NCBI GenBank assembly: GCA_051530055.1 | Contig: JBMGUZ010000007.1 | Coordinates: 19,178 to 83,177, forward strand | Direction of reading: 5' to 3' | Source: Neoechinorhynchus agilis | Taxonomy: Eukaryota; Animalia; Acanthocephala | Length of the DNA: 64,000 nucleotides | In this document: positions 34,176 through 47,711 of the stretch, piece by piece | Position numbering within the stretch: position 1 is the first letter of the stretch | How the letters are laid out: each line of letters starts with the position of its first letter | Translations under genes and position numbers: made by a program | Notes under the pieces: model-generated | Databases searched by the model: none | What the model was told of the DNA's origin: nothing | Seen by the model: the letters and a program-made list of their open reading frames with translations, nothing else

Positions 34176-36517
34176 GAATTTAAAGTGAAGTGTCGATGTC
34201 TTTTTATAATATCTCCTTAACGTCGTATACAAAATGTTAAAGGAACATGAGAATGGACATTCTGAAAACTCTCTTCTCTATTTAGACCTGTGGTGAACAT
34301 AATTTTGGGCAAAAAATACTCGATTTATTTTAAATATTTAGCAAGGTAACCTCACCTCATCTAAAGGGATTTTTCCAGGCGCGAGAATGGAAATACGAAG
34401 TAAAAGCGGAGATTTAATCTCTCAAAGGTTGATGATTAAGACTTCAGCACCATAGCTTTTGATTCCGTCGATCACAATCTTCGCCTTGATACACGCTCTA
34501 AATTTGGCCTTGCCGCCTGGCAAATTAAATGGTTGAAATCCTTCCTAAACAATCGATTACAAATCATCGAAATAGGGAGCATCGCCTCGAATACCCTAGC
34601 AATCAAAAAGGGAATCCCCGAAGGACCGTTCTCTCCTCTATTCTCTTCAGCATTTTCCTGAACGATCTTATTCCATCCTCTTCTTATTCTAAATACTTCT
34701 TTTTATGCTGATGATCTTACAATCATTACACATTCATCGATTCTCAATTACTTCTAACGAGATTTCTCACATTCAAGCATTGTCTTACCCTTAACTAAGT
34801 GCTTGGAAATCGCCCCCTCAATCTCAAATAGCCTTTCCGATCAGCAACTTCTTCGTTTTTCTATCAATCGCGTCTCCTCTGTTCGTATACTTGGTCTTTA
34901 TTTTCAAGAAAATCTAAAGTAGGACAAGCACACATCAATTTCGTTGCACAAAGGGCCCATTAAACTCTATCTTCTTAAACGCCTTCGATTCCTTGGATTA
35001 TCATCCAAAGACTTTAAGTACTTTTATGTCGGCCATCCTTCGAACGCTCATCTACGCGCATATCCAACGTTTTGAAGTTGTTCTTCTAAACTATTCAAAA
35101 AAATTAATACAATTAACAAGAGAGGTGCGCTCTAATCTTCTCCGCCGAACTCATACTCTTTAATCTTTCAAAAGTACTCAATTCATTCTCTTCGTTCCCA
35201 CACTTACAACACTTGCGTCGCCCCAACTACATTTTCCATCCTTTTAGTTCCTCGCTAAAATCTCTACCTTCGCTCCTTCGTCTCCACTGCTCAATCCTCC
35301 AAATGCGAATTGATTTGGATTAAAGAGTGGAAAACAACACCGATCAAAGTTGTTTAAAATTTACAAGATTTACCGGATACTTAAAGTACGAATTTCGGTT
35401 ACTTGTGCTTTTTTTAAATAAAATGTGCTTGTATAAATAATATTTTACAAGATTTTAAGAATAATCGCATCCTTGTGCTTCATTCGGACTTTATGAAAAT
35501 TAAAAGAATTGAACTTTCGCAATTGAAGCGATAACGTTGAATTCTTTACGCGATTACATTGAACTTTTTACTGAACGACAGTAGATCAATAAAAATGTAA
35601 AAAATATTTTTATTTCGCGGATTGATACGTTCTTGGCAAATTACGAGCCAATAACGGCAATAAAAAAAGGTTTTTACGGTGCACAAAAATTGAGTCAACA
35701 ATTCAATCTTTAAACAATAAAAAATTGTATCTATAATAAATATCGTGCAAAAGAGAATACCGATGGTTAAGAAAAAGTGGATCAAATCGAACTGACAAAA
35801 GGCTGTTATTCAAATATTTAAATAAAGCGTCGTATTATTTGTTTGTCCTGTATAAATGCACTTGTAATATCCTACAAATGGCGTTCATTTTTTTATTTTC
35901 CTTGATATTTAAAAGATTTTCCTCTAAATTGCTGACTTGGAAAGTCTTTCTTTATTGGATCTCCGTACTTAAGCATTATGATTTTATGAGCAAACGTTTT
36001 CCGCGCTCTTCTCAGCCCGATGTCGATTTCCGAATTTGGTGGTCTTTTTGAAAGCTCAAACATGTCGACTATTTATTCTGTTTGTTTGAATCGAATCTGC
36101 TTTTTGTATTCAACTGACACAATTGATCTCCCTCGATGAATCTCATCAGCTGATCAGATTAATTTCTTTAGTTAATTGACAATTTCGGCTCTCTCTTTTT
36201 CCTTACTTTAAACAAAACGAAGTGTTTACTACTCGCTATTTACCATTTGGATCTATTTTGTTTTTGAAAACGCAACTTATTGCTAGGAAAAGGTTATCGA
36301 CATAAAATCTTTGTGGTCTCCTAAGGAAAATCGGTGGATTATCGTAAATTTGTAATTCCTTTCGAGAATATTAAGGAATCCATACTTAAAGTTGAAAGTT
36401 TTCTTACTATTCCTTCTTCTTATAAAAGCTTTAAATAATTCTAAATTTATTTCCTAACGAGTGTGTGACTTTGTCGTCGTAATCCGAGGAAAATGCGTCC
36501 CTTTTTGAAGGCTTAAG

Positions 36518-37174
36518 ATGTCCTCCAACGATGAGAAAACCAAAAGACAACTGAACAGCGTTTGGCGGGACGTCCTCGAACGAGAAGCCGTTGAGAACAC
36601 GACAAATCGAATGGATCTTCTCAAAGTGAGCGTTCGCCATGCCACTTGGAAGGACTATGACAATTTGCCGAGATTTCAAGATTTTAATGTTCACGACAAC
36701 CGCCCAATCGTTAGTTATTCGGACCTTCGATGTAAGAACAAAGGGAATTTTCAACAAAAACAATTGCTGTGCAAGAAGATTATTGATGAACTCAATGAAC
36801 CAAATCACTCATTAATTGAACGATGTGTAAGATTTGGGGGAGTAAAAGTTTGTGAGAAGCTGCTGGCAAAAACAAACGAAATTCAAGAAAAGGGAGGAAT
36901 GCTTACGATAAATAAAAGCAGACAGCGGACTCCTGGTGGAGTTTTTCTCTTTTTGATGTCTAATACGAAAAGAATATCCCAGAAAGCTCGTACAAAGATC
37001 TTCGCTAATGATGATCTCAAGATGAATGGAAATAATGCCAATAAATCATCGCAGAATTCAGCTGATTCTGAAATCGAACGTCTCGCATTGTCTAGATTCG
37101 ATATTGGCGATATCGCCGATGCTAACACTAGAGATTCAGGTGAAGAAATGGAAGTGGATAGTCCGGATGAGTAA
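36518..37174 (+). CDS. PHAX: Phosphorylated adaptor for RNA export, mirror copy
   Basis: Identical translation to 7650-8306. Confidence 0.9.
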   Translation: MSSNDEKTKRQLNSVWRDVLEREAVENTTNRMDLLKVSVRHATWKDYDNLPRFQDFNVHDNRPIVSYSDLRCKNKGNFQQKQLLCKKIIDELNEPNHSLIERCVRFGGVKVCEKLLAKTNEIQEKGGMLTINKSRQRTPGGVFLFLMSNTKRISQKARTKIFANDDLKMNGNNANKSSQNSADSEIERLALSRFDIGDIADANTRDSGEEMEVDSPDE

Positions 37175-37388
37175 TAAGCGCAAAGTCCTGTTTGAGTGCT
37201 TGAAACATCATTGGTTATCAAAGCACCAGTATTTATATAATTCATTTGATGATAATTTTTTGTATGTCGTTCTCGTATATTTTTATATTAAATTCTTTAT
37301 TATAAGTTAAGTTTGGCATGTGTGAAATTACCTATCTCGTTCGAAATTTAACCATTTTATTTTCTTTAAAAATAAGATTAATAATGGG

Positions 37389-37991
37389 CTACCGCTGAGG
37401 CATGGCTCCAGAGTTTTTTAGGAATTTCTTAAGTACCCGGGAAATATTTTTCTGGACTTTCTTTTTGCTAAAATGCTTCAGATTCTTCGTCTTTAGCTCC
37501 TGAAGGAGTGCTTCTGTTTCGCCCATAAAATTATAAAATTTGGGATAGTCTTCTGTCATTTTCCATAAAACAATTTCCATTCCTCGTTCGTATTTGTCAC
37601 AACGCTTTTTCATTTTCCGTTTTTCCATTAAGTAATTGTTTGGAGCGCGCAGGTAGGGAATGTTTTTAAATTCGTGGATATACCGTAGCAATAATTTTAA
37701 AATTTTCTTATAGATTTTCGCCTTATACGTTTTCTTTTGCTTTTTAGTCCGTCTTTTGTTGTTTTTGAGCACTGCCAACCCGCATACTCCCTTCAGTTTA
37801 TTACATTCCGTTTGTAGCTTGGAAATACCTTCCGCCATTAGCTTGTACAATTGATGGTACTGATAAACATAATCCTTGTAGTTATTGTACCTTCCACCAC
37901 ATGAATTGATATGACGGGTCATTGTATAATTGACGAACGGTTGGCGAATTGCAGACATTACCTTAACGAACAAATGTGGGCGAACGTACAA
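37389..37991 (-). CDS. Lys-rich protein of unknown function, mirror copy
   Basis: Identical translation to 6833-7435. Confidence 0.5.
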   Translation of the reverse strand: MYVRPHLFVKVMSAIRQPFVNYTMTRHINSCGGRYNNYKDYVYQYHQLYKLMAEGISKLQTECNKLKGVCGLAVLKNNKRRTKKQKKTYKAKIYKKILKLLLRYIHEFKNIPYLRAPNNYLMEKRKMKKRCDKYERGMEIVLWKMTEDYPKFYNFMGETEALLQELKTKNLKHFSKKKVQKNISRVLKKFLKNSGAMPQR

Positions 37992-39022
37992 GTGTCCGAA
38001 TTTCTTACAATTATCTGAGGAATCCCAGGCTTCTGGCCCATTTTATCGTATTAACAACCTCGTTGATGAACAAAGCATCTACTTAAAACGTTGTTTCTAT
38101 GGTTATAATATTTAAAATTTTAAATTTAATGTTTTTATTTGGATCTTCCTTAAAATCATACTCTCAAGCATGAATCTTCTTATTGAAAACCAACTTAAGT
38201 ACACCAATGTTTAAAGTTTCAATCCACTATACAAAATTGTTCAATGGTAGTAAAGCATCTCACTTAAAATTCCTTTCCTAGAAGCGCTTGAATCTAAATA
38301 AAATCAACATTCAATATTGTTCGTTGGGAAAACAGCTTACTGCGAACTTTCAAAAGCTCTGCTCATTGCTTGACGGAAAAAAGGTTACGCTGTCGATACT
38401 TCTTCTTATCCGATCTATTAAATAATGCAAATTTCCTAAAAATTTTACAAAATGGCCTTTTAGACGTCAGTTTCAAGTGGGGGCGAAAAATTGATATTAG
38501 TTCCGTTCTAGAATTCTAAATTTTTGGGCGTTATACGCCTATATCCAATCACCACAAACATTAAGAATCTTTAGAAATTTAGGCAATAATGTTTGAACTT
38601 GGTCAAATCAAAATTCCACCTTTTTTTTGCAATAGCATGATTTTGAGATATTTCGAGACCTGAAAAATAGTCCACTTCGCCAATAGCGGCTAAGTTGTTT
38701 AAAAGTGGCAGCGATGTAGTGATCTTTTCCTGATTTACGAGGTCGTATTGATTTGTTCTGAATGGATTTATGGAATCGATTGCAGCCGTTCGACTCCTTT
38801 CAATCTTTAAGCATTGGTTGTCGCAAGTCGTTGTCACTGCAGGAGTCTTTAAAATATAAATGGACGCCGAGCGCCGTGATAAGGACAATTGATAATTCAA
38901 TTTTAGTCAATCCCTTTCTTGTCCGGCTTTTTTATTTAGGCATAAAGCCAAACCAATTACATCAGAGAAGTGATATAACCACATAGTCTCTAATGCACGG
39001 TTAAGAGTTTGTACATTCCTCC

Positions 39023-39093
39023 GGATCCTCAGATACCTCCAGGAGGCGGGACTCATCAGTGAGTTTCCTCCCTTCAACGAGGTATTTCGTCCC
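39023..39093 (-). ncRNA. Permuted hammerhead variant C, mirror copy
   Basis: Mirror of 5731-5801. Confidence 0.8.
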
Positions 39094-39115
39094 CTTTGGC
39101 TGTGCGTCATTGGAG

Positions 39116-39184
39116 GGGACGAAATATCGCTGAAGGGAGGAAACTCACTGATGAGTCCCGCCTCCTGGAGGTATCTGAGGATCC
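39116..39184 (+). ncRNA. Permuted hammerhead variant B, mirror copy
   Basis: Mirror of 5640-5708. Confidence 0.75.
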
Positions 39185-42100
39185 GATGTACAAACTTTTA
39201 ACCGTGCATTAGAGACTATGTGGTTATATCACTTCTCTGATGTAATTGGTTTGGCTTTATGCCTAAAAAACTAAGTCGGACAAGAAAGGGATTGACTAAA
39301 ATTGAATGATGATAACAATACCGGCTTGCCAGTAAAACTTAAAAAAAGGACAATTGATGTTAGTTTTACAATAATGATCTGCATTTAGGTAGTATTCGTG
39401 CGCGAGAGTCAGTTTTGTATCGAAACGAAAGGCGTATTTTAGTTGCAAACGAAATCTGTCCGTTTCCATCAAAAGTAAGAGGTCTTGCAGAATAGAACGA
39501 TTTTTTCGATCTTAATATATAAAGTCTTATTAAGTTAAGAGAAAATGTTACACGGTAAAATAACTAATGAAAAATTCAAATCTGGTACGAAGAAGCGGAA
39601 GGGCGTGATCTTTAGGAGCAAAGTTGGCGAAAATGAAAGCTGTATCATACGAAGAGCTGGTTTGTAAATATAGATGAAATTTAAAGAATAACGCCAGGAG
39701 GAATAGAACATTGAGACGTTTTATAAACTTAAATTATGTGATAAACGATTTTTAACTTTTTTATTGCAAAATGTTCTGAGCGTTACTGCCTTCAGTCGAG
39801 TAAAGTAAAATTCCTAGAAATGATTAATAATGGAAAATTAGGAAATATAAATTATATTCAAACATCCGGATATAAGAGGGCATTTTATCGGTCACCTTCA
39901 CGGAACAACACCGAGGATTTTGACGAGCGTAACGAATCTTCATATGATTATCGGTATAACCTTGATTCGACATTACTAGTAGTTTTCAACCTTTTTTGTT
40001 GTCACGAAACAAACTTAGTTTGGGATGACGATCCCACCTTAGAAAACCAAAATATACATGGAATAAATGTCATTCCTGTTCTTATTACAATTAATTTGAT
40101 GGTTTATTTGCCATCAATAGGCAACTAAAGTCCATGAGTCGATTATTTCGCTGCTTACATTATTCCCTCAATATTGAATCTACTTTTAAAATTCAACATA
40201 GTGTCCTTTAGGCGAGGTTCTGATTAATGGAATCTAGAACCTGTTTTAATTCAGTGGAGGGCAATTTGGGGAAGGGATCCGGGTAATGAATTTTAGAGGA
40301 AAGGGAGGAAAGGAAGTTTTTGCGGGTAACAAGTATTTTGTTAGCCAGTGCTAATTGTAAACGGGGAAAGTCTGGGTGGTTATTGCGATGGGCTTTAGAT
40401 GTTTGCTTTTGAAGGAGTTTCAAGATGGGGGAATATCCATAGTGGGCCACGGTTGGAGATTCCAATGAATTTCTGCCCTTCGGAGTAGAGACGTATGGAG
40501 CGCTTAGTAGCTCGGAACTCACTCTGCTCCAGGATGTCTCGAAGAAATTGAGAGAAACGACCGGCGACGCACGAGCAGGTGTATTCCTGCGACAAAATAT
40601 CTCGTTCGCATTACAACGAGGCAATGTTGGTAGCGTGATAGCGACAGCCGAGGAAGGAGAGAAGCTCCAATTTCGCGGACGGTGGTGATTGTATAAGAAC
40701 TAACAAATAAACGTTCTTTTTTTACACACCTCACAACAACAAGGAGAATTTATTCAGCGTATCAGCGTCGGAGGATATTTGTGTCAGATGTGTATGTTAG
40801 ATGTCCATCGATCTCAACGTCGCAGGCAAAAAATCCTTTGGAAACCCAGGATTGTGGCAATGAGTCAATGTGCCTGAAAAACGTTTGAATAAAAAGTTAC
40901 TTGTGTTCGGGAGAAAAAAAACAAGGCTGGAGATAACCCAAGTTTTCCAAACAGTTCTTGCGTTATTAAAAATCAGTCCCAATTTATAGGCACGAGTTGC
41001 TTTCGATTTGGCTACTTTTAAAAGTTTTTTCATTTGAGTAATGTCTGTCCTAGGGGATAAATTGACTGTGCTCGTGTGTCCGAGAATACGTAGCTTGTTG
41101 GGCATAAAATAGTTGTTCGATAAGGATTGAGAATTGTCGGATAAAAGTGAAGAAAAGAATAGTTCGAAGTTTCTGCGTATTCGGCTTGAGCGGGTCTTAA
41201 TGATCAATTTTGTTTTTATTAAATTAAGAGAAAGATTTATTGTACGTTGGCGAATCCTGTCCCCGGTGTTGTCGTTACTCATTTATTTGAGAAATATTTC
41301 GCGAGGTTTTCCTTGCCTCTTCAGTCTCTATTGCTTCTCGAATATTTAAAAACTTACAAGCAATGGAGACTGAAGAGGCAAGGAAAACCTCGCGAAATAT
41401 TTCTCAAATAAATGAGTAACGTCAACACCGGGGACAGGATTCACGAACGTACAATCAAATTCACCCCAAGGACAATGATATATGGCAGAAAGATTTATGT
41501 GAGGTAGTATGGTGTTTAGATACTCTATGGATTGTTCCATTAAAAGTTTCAGCCCGGCTGCCCTATGAGATTTCATCACAAAACTGATTTCATCTGCATA
41601 ACAAATCATAGATGAATTAAGAGGATAATTTTGTACAGTGTATTGAGAGGCTAAAAGGAATAAAATAGGGGAGATCTGCGATCCTTGTGGAACACCGTTA
41701 ACGGGGTAATAAAACGTCTTGCCAGCATCATCATCGCAATAAAAAGCTTTCGAGAAAAGGGTATTATGAATCCTGGCAATTAGGTTATGTGGAACACTGA
41801 AATATTCCAACATTTCGCCGGGAAGGATGGCTGAATCGCAGTTGAAGAAAGTAAGCGCCTTTGAGGTAGATGAAATGAGTGGAATTTCATTTAGTTTAGG
41901 AGGGAGGCTACGAATATTGGAGTAGATTACGATTACAAATGGGATTTCTGATTTTGGTAAATCGGGGGTGGGAATGAGGGAAATTGAGGTTGCATTGTAC
42001 GTCGATTGTGGTAAATTAAAGGAGGAATCGTTAAAAGTTGCCGATCAAAAGGATTGATTATCCCAAAGAGAGAATTCCGGGGGTGAATCGAAAATTTGTA

Positions 42101-44423
42101 CGGCAATGATAAGAGCGAGTTTTGAATTTTGAATTGATGTGGATCAACTATCATTGGACGGGCAGATTTATTGGGTTTTTTTGTTTGTGTTGAGTGATAA
42201 TTATTTACTTGTTTTAGAGAAAGAGAGTTTTTAATGTGAAAGGACGTAGAGATTGAAATATATGGGTTTTAGGGTGCTGGTGCAGTTGACGTAGTCAAAG
42301 AAGTTGGGGAGTCGCTTCCTTTTCGATTTTTTGGGATGTATTGGATGTTCTGGGGTGTTCGCAAAAATGAGGTCTGGGTTGAGTTTGGAGGGCCGGTGGA
42401 AGGATTCGATGATGAGTTCTTATATGGTAGATACGAAAAGAAAGTTATAATAAAAACACGTTTATTGTTTAAAACACAAAGAATAAGAGGGCCCATCTAC
42501 CTTTGGGTCCTCGTAAGCATTCGAGTTCGCAGTTGTTCCAAAAAAAGCGCACCCGTTGGGATGATAATATCCAGTCGAGTTATGTCGGTTCCGGTGATAA
42601 TATCTGGTCGGAGGGATGTCTCATAAAGTCGGGCGACGTTCGTTCGGGTGAGAATTTGTCAATACGTTCGAGAATATCCGGCTTCAACTCTAACACTTTC
42701 CTAGCCAACTTCAGAAAAATGTCGCATGTTACTAAGTTTGCGGCCGTTTCAGATGAAGAGCACGGTCTAAAAAAGAATAATATCCACACTGAAAGTGGTT
42801 ATCTAGCACAATAATCGCCTTGAGTTTACTGTTTCGAAATCTCTAAGTACGTCGAATGCTCTTGTATACAAATTAAACCATTTTGCTCATCACGTCATGA
42901 CTTGATGTTTTAAATAGAAGACAAGAAACAAAAGCAAAGTTGAGAACCATCGTGGTTTTTTATTTTATTTAGCATAAAATGATTCGTCAACAACAGTCCA
43001 CGTATTTTTGAAGAATTTAGCCTTTATAATAACACGTTTATTGAAAATACAAAGAAAGGTTTAGGAGGAGCCATGTATCTTTGGGTCTTCATCCGTTAAT
43101 ATTGGTATATGCAGTCGAGGGATGTCCGTTCTGGTGATAATATCTGGTCGGAGGGATGTTTATTCAGGTAGGAACTATCCAGTCGAGGGAGGTTTGTTCG
43201 GGTGAGAATGTGTCCGTTCGTTTGAGAATATTCGGTTGGGTTGGAAGGTCTGTTCTGGTGGTAATATCTGATCGGGGGGATGTCTATTCGGGTGGGACTA
43301 TCCAGTAGAGGGAGGTTTGTTCGGGTGAGAATATCCGGTTGTGGGAATTGACGCTTATTGCTCACAGGAGCGCTTGTAAGGTTGGTCTTTCCTGATTTGG
43401 CAGCATAGAAAAAGGAGCGTAGATTTAGAGAGGTGCGAGGTTGATGGAGGATGAAACGAATTAGGATTACGAGTGTTATGCTCGTGTGAAAAGGGAGCGA
43501 TAAATTGTAGAAATTGTGGTTGTAGGGTCCTTTTCAGACAACCGAAGAAAAGCTTCCTGACGAAGACGCAAGGCGTCGAAAATTTGAAGCAATAAACAAA
43601 TAAAACACCCATTTTCCGTTCGATAATAAATCTCGAATAAACATGAGGGTGTTGGGAAAAGAGGCTTTAGATAATATCTTTCCTCAGAATCATTTCAGGT
43701 TATGACATCCGAGAAGATTTGGCAGCATAGAAAAAGGAGCGTAGATTTAGAGAGGTGCGAGGTTGATGGAGGATGAAACGAATTAGGATTACGAGTGTTA
43801 TGCTCGTGTGAAAAGGGAGCGATAAATTGTAGAAATTGTGGTTGTAGGGTTACGAGGCGTTTTGATTGTTTTATGAAAATAGCATCAAGGCATTCGGTGA
43901 GAGGGGGAGTGTCAGTTGTACAAATTTTAGATGCTATTTTTTGAAGAATTTCAAGACGACGGATTAGCGATTTGGGAAGGTTGCAAAATATGGGATAACC
44001 GTGGGTGAGGTGTGGTAAAATAAAGCAGAAGTAAAATTTGTAGAGATCGGTTGAAGGGATTAATAAATGTCGGGGGCGTCTGAGGAGATAAATTTTAAAA
44101 GTGTTGTGCTTGAGGAAGAGTGATGTGCGAGTCCCATTTCAAATTTGATTAAAATTGGAGACCAGAATTCTTAAGTAAGTGACTCGTAGGATGTCATTTA
44201 GAAGATCAAGGGATGATGTGGGGTTGCGGGAGAGAAGGGATCATTTCGAAGCATTTAGATTTTTTTAAAGTTTTACTGGCAAGCCGGTATGTTATGATCA
44301 TTCAATTTTAGTCAATCCCTTTCTTGTCCGGCTTTTTTTATTTAGGCATAAAGCCAAACCAATTACACCAAAGAAGTGATATAACCACATAGTCTCTAAT
44401 GCACGGTTAAAAGTTTGTACATC

Positions 44424-44492
44424 GGATCCTCAGATACCTCCAGGAGGCGGGACTCATCAGTGGGTTTCCTCCCTTCAGCGGTATTTCGTCCC
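44424..44492 (-). ncRNA. Permuted hammerhead variant A, mirror copy
   Basis: Mirror of 332-400. Confidence 0.7.
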
Positions 44493-44899
44493 CTTTGGCT
44501 GTGCGTCATTGGTGGTAGAGGAATTGAGATCGAGTTTGTAATTGGTGCAGAAATCTTTTATATGTGTGATTCCGTTAGGTTATGGAGTGGGCTCAGGGGG
44601 CAAGGAGAGGGATTAGAGGTTAAGGAGAGGGAAAGTAAGGAGCTTGTATCTCCTGTTAGGAAAGAGGGAGGCTACGAATGGTTAAATAAAAGTTACTTTG
44701 AGGAGACGTATTCTCGGGTTAAAGGGATTTTTGGACTGTTGGCGGGGGAGGAATAGTAAGGTGAATGTCAGGGAAAAGTAGTTGCCCAACAGGAAGGATT
44801 TAGTGGCGATGGGATTTATATCCTCGATGTCGAATTCAGAGCGGCGAGAGATGTTTAAAAATTCAGCATAGTACAGTGAGATTTACAGTGTACAAAAAA

Positions 44900-45110
44900 T
44901 GCCGTTGAGGGCTGTTATTCACCGTTTACGAACGACTTCAACGGAAAAGCAAAACACCCCCGAGGTTGAAAACCACTGGACTAGTCCGCATTTCATATGA
45001 CTTGATATTTTACGAAAAACTCATGAAGGACATCGTGTCCAAAGAAAATGAATTTATTGGCTCATGTAAACTCAAACAGACAAAAGGATTTTTTGAGATG
45101 ACCAATGAAT
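44900..45110 (+). mobile_element. Possible decayed Gypsy integrase zinc-finger fragment
   Basis: DILRKTHEGH...IYW with in-frame stops resembles the integrase HH motif. Confidence 0.3.
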
Positions 45111-45122
45111 TCCACAAATTAG

Positions 45123-45548
45123 TTATGAATTCAGTTTGTCTAAAAATGTTTTCAATTCTGCTTCACTTTGGAGTCCAGTGAGTCTTAGTTTTTCTTTGCC
45201 TTTATCAAGTGCTACAAGCGTTGGAACAGCATCGACTGCATACTTTTCAACCATTTGTTCAAATCGTTCAATATCCACAAGTACTAGTTGAGCTTTGTCA
45301 TTGAAATGAAATTGACTCATGACCTTTTCCAAACGAGGACTCAGTACTTTACATGGATGACACCAAGAAGCAAAAAAATCGATTACACAAAAACGGGTTT
45401 CGTTTGCTAAAAGTTCATTTAAATGAGATTCTGAATGCGCATTAAAAATCTGTAGAGCGCTTGTTGTCGAAGCTGAAGACAGAGGATTGGCTCGATTTAA
45501 TATACAAGTCCGCATAATCGATTGGAATGAACGAGAAATTGAAAACAT
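45123..45548 (-). CDS. TXN2: Thioredoxin, mitochondrial (Trx2-like)
   Basis: Basic Ser-rich presequence, IDFFASWCHPCK active site, VDID-like VDIE, VPTL cis-Pro loop. Confidence 0.8.
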   Translation of the reverse strand: MFSISRSFQSIMRTCILNRANPLSSASTTSALQIFNAHSESHLNELLANETRFCVIDFFASWCHPCKVLSPRLEKVMSQFHFNDKAQLVLVDIERFEQMVEKYAVDAVPTLVALDKGKEKLRLTGLQSEAELKTFLDKLNS

Positions 45549-46629
45549 CTAAAGAAAATACGGGAAATTGTTATTGCACAAACCTGAAAAACTAACAATT
45601 AATCACTAATTAACTTGTATTGATTTGTAAAGGAAGACGCTGTTATGTCTCCTTTTGAAAAGAATAAAAAAAATTTAATTAGAGCTCTTTGATTAAAAAA
45701 TGCCAGCGAAATAATCTGTAAGTCAAAAACAGCGACTCGAAAGTAGTTTAAAAAAGGAAGATTATCTCCTTTTTTGGCCAATGATTTTTGGCGACATTAA
45801 GGCGTTCGACAACAGTTTCTTCCGTTAACGAACCCTTTATTGATTTTGATTGAACGTAAAAAAATGGAGTTGCTTCACCAATCGATTTACAATATGCGGC
45901 TAGCATTCTAGCCAGCGTCGATGAATGGTCGCGTTGATGAAACTATAAATTATGTATGCTTGTTAAAAAAATATAATTAAATATCCTGACTTAGTTTTTC
46001 TAATAAATTTTATCGATAATAAATACATTATTTCATTAATCAAATATTTATTGTAATTATTGCTCAAGTCTTTTGTTCCAATTTTCTTCAACACCGGGGA
46101 AAGTAGCACTCCTCCGTAAATCCGTCGAGACCGTTTACGATCATTCGTCTTGGGATAATCAGTCTTTTCCGCAAGAAACTTACATTTCATTCAAATAAAA
46201 GTAAAAAACCTCTGAATCCTCCATTTATTCAACTTTCCATCTTTTGAACTTTCCATTTATCTTAATAACGAAGAAAATCATATCCGCTACGGCAAATTTA
46301 GAGAAAATAAGCTACTAGAGTTTTATTACGAATTACCAGCCAAATTTGCGAAAACCAGGGATGAAGATTATTACGACTTTTTCCAGCACATTTGAGCGCG
46401 AACAAACTTGCTAAGTTGAAGAAAGCGAAACTTGGCTGAAGTGACAAGTTTCGACGATTATATTTGAGTTTCTTTCCAAATATTTGCACTAAACATTGAA
46501 ATTTATGGGATTAATGCTTTTACAGAATTTATTTTCGAAATTACACATATTTTTTACGCCAAACATTCCCCGTAGCTAAAATTTAGCTCATTCTTTTATT
46601 CAATTAAAACTATACAAATCTGTGAATCC

Positions 46630-46929
46630 TTAATGCTTCGTCTTTTCTCCGGGCAAATATTCCAATTCATCGACACCAAAATTGTACAGCTCGGGCTCGG
46701 CAGTGAAATCCACATTTCCATCCTTTGATACTTTGCATTTCTTCTCACATGCTCGGTTGCACGCCTCCCAATTTTCTCTGGTTTGATCGACCCTTTGCCA
46801 AGTGATGTATTTTTCGTGGCACTTTCCGACGCAATGACAGCGGTCTTCGAAGGATGATACAAAGGTGGAGAGACCAAGAACGATGGCGATGATCAGCATG
46901 AGGTGTTGAAGGGTTATGAACGCTGACAT
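46630..46929 (-). CDS. Secreted six-Cys peptide, type A copy 1
   Basis: Hydrophobic signal, C-x-C-x3-C-x19-C-x3-C-x3-C, acidic SKDGNVDFTAEPEL tail, AATAAA downstream. Confidence 0.9.
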   Translation of the reverse strand: MSAFITLQHLMLIIAIVLGLSTFVSSFEDRCHCVGKCHEKYITWQRVDQTRENWEACNRACEKKCKVSKDGNVDFTAEPELYNFGVDELEYLPGEKTKH

Positions 46930-47120
46930 TGGGAGGAAGGTTGGCTAGCTGAAGGGTTATCTTCTTATTCAGCTTACATTTTTTTAACAATAGTAGCCAT
47001 AGTTACTCAGAACTTTTCTTAAATCTAACTTTTATTCTGATTGGCTAACGCATATTTTACTGGCATAATCAATATTTCGGTAATTTAATTCCGCAATACT
47101 AAATCTGTAATATGAGTCGA
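46930..47120 (-). promoter_or_regulatory. Shared upstream block of the peptide genes, with CCAAT box
   Basis: AGCCAATCAG on the minus strand at 47037-47046, 50584-50593, 58171-58180 and 59673-59682, inside a block conserved upstream of all four genes. Confidence 0.6.
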
Positions 47121-47129
47121 GCTAAATAA

Positions 47130-47470
47130 ATGGGCAAAATCAATAGGTGAAGTTCAAAGCGTCTGCGGTAGAGGCAAAGTCATGCAGAGCACCAGCCAAC
47201 AAAGTGCAATGTGCACTGCAGCACGAGTGAGTGTGCGTGCCAGCAGATCGCACACCTGAATTCCATTTGCTTTTCAATGTGCAGTTTCACGTACTATTTA
47301 ACCCTCTTTTCAAAGTCCTTTTCAACTTTCCCTCACGGTACTTCTTCGCTATCGGCACCGCCGTCATATTTAGTTTTGTATGGAGTTTACCACACATATT
47401 TGAATTGCAATCTCAAACAATTCGACTCACTAGGGAACAGTAGTCAAGACGTAGCAAATATGGGACCAGG
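47130..47470 (-). pseudogene. 28S rRNA internal fragment (D1-D2 region)
   Basis: gagtcg..ttg, ggtaaactccat, aagtaccgtgagggaaagttgaaaag and gtgaaac motifs; both ends missing. Confidence 0.85.
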
Positions 47471-47474
47471 AGAT

Positions 47475-47550
47475 CTGCATTTCGCAGAACTTATCGCACT
47501 TTGCGGCGTTCTTCATCGAACGACGGTTCAAGTGATCCACCGCACAATGT
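47475..47550 (-). pseudogene. 5.8S rRNA 5' half, fused directly to the 28S fragment
   Basis: gcggtggatcactt..tcgatgaagaacgc..gcgataagt..aatgcag, then abrupt switch to LSU sequence. Confidence 0.85.
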
Positions 47551-47711
47551 GTGTATATTAACATCATACCTTCTTCGGTTTAGGAAGGTACACGATGACG
47601 ACGACCAACACTGTCTCTACGTCACTACAAAGATCCCACTGTTTTCAATAGTCACGACTGTGACGTTGACAAGCGCGGGTTCGACCACGTAGCCAGCTTA
47701 TGAAACAAACA

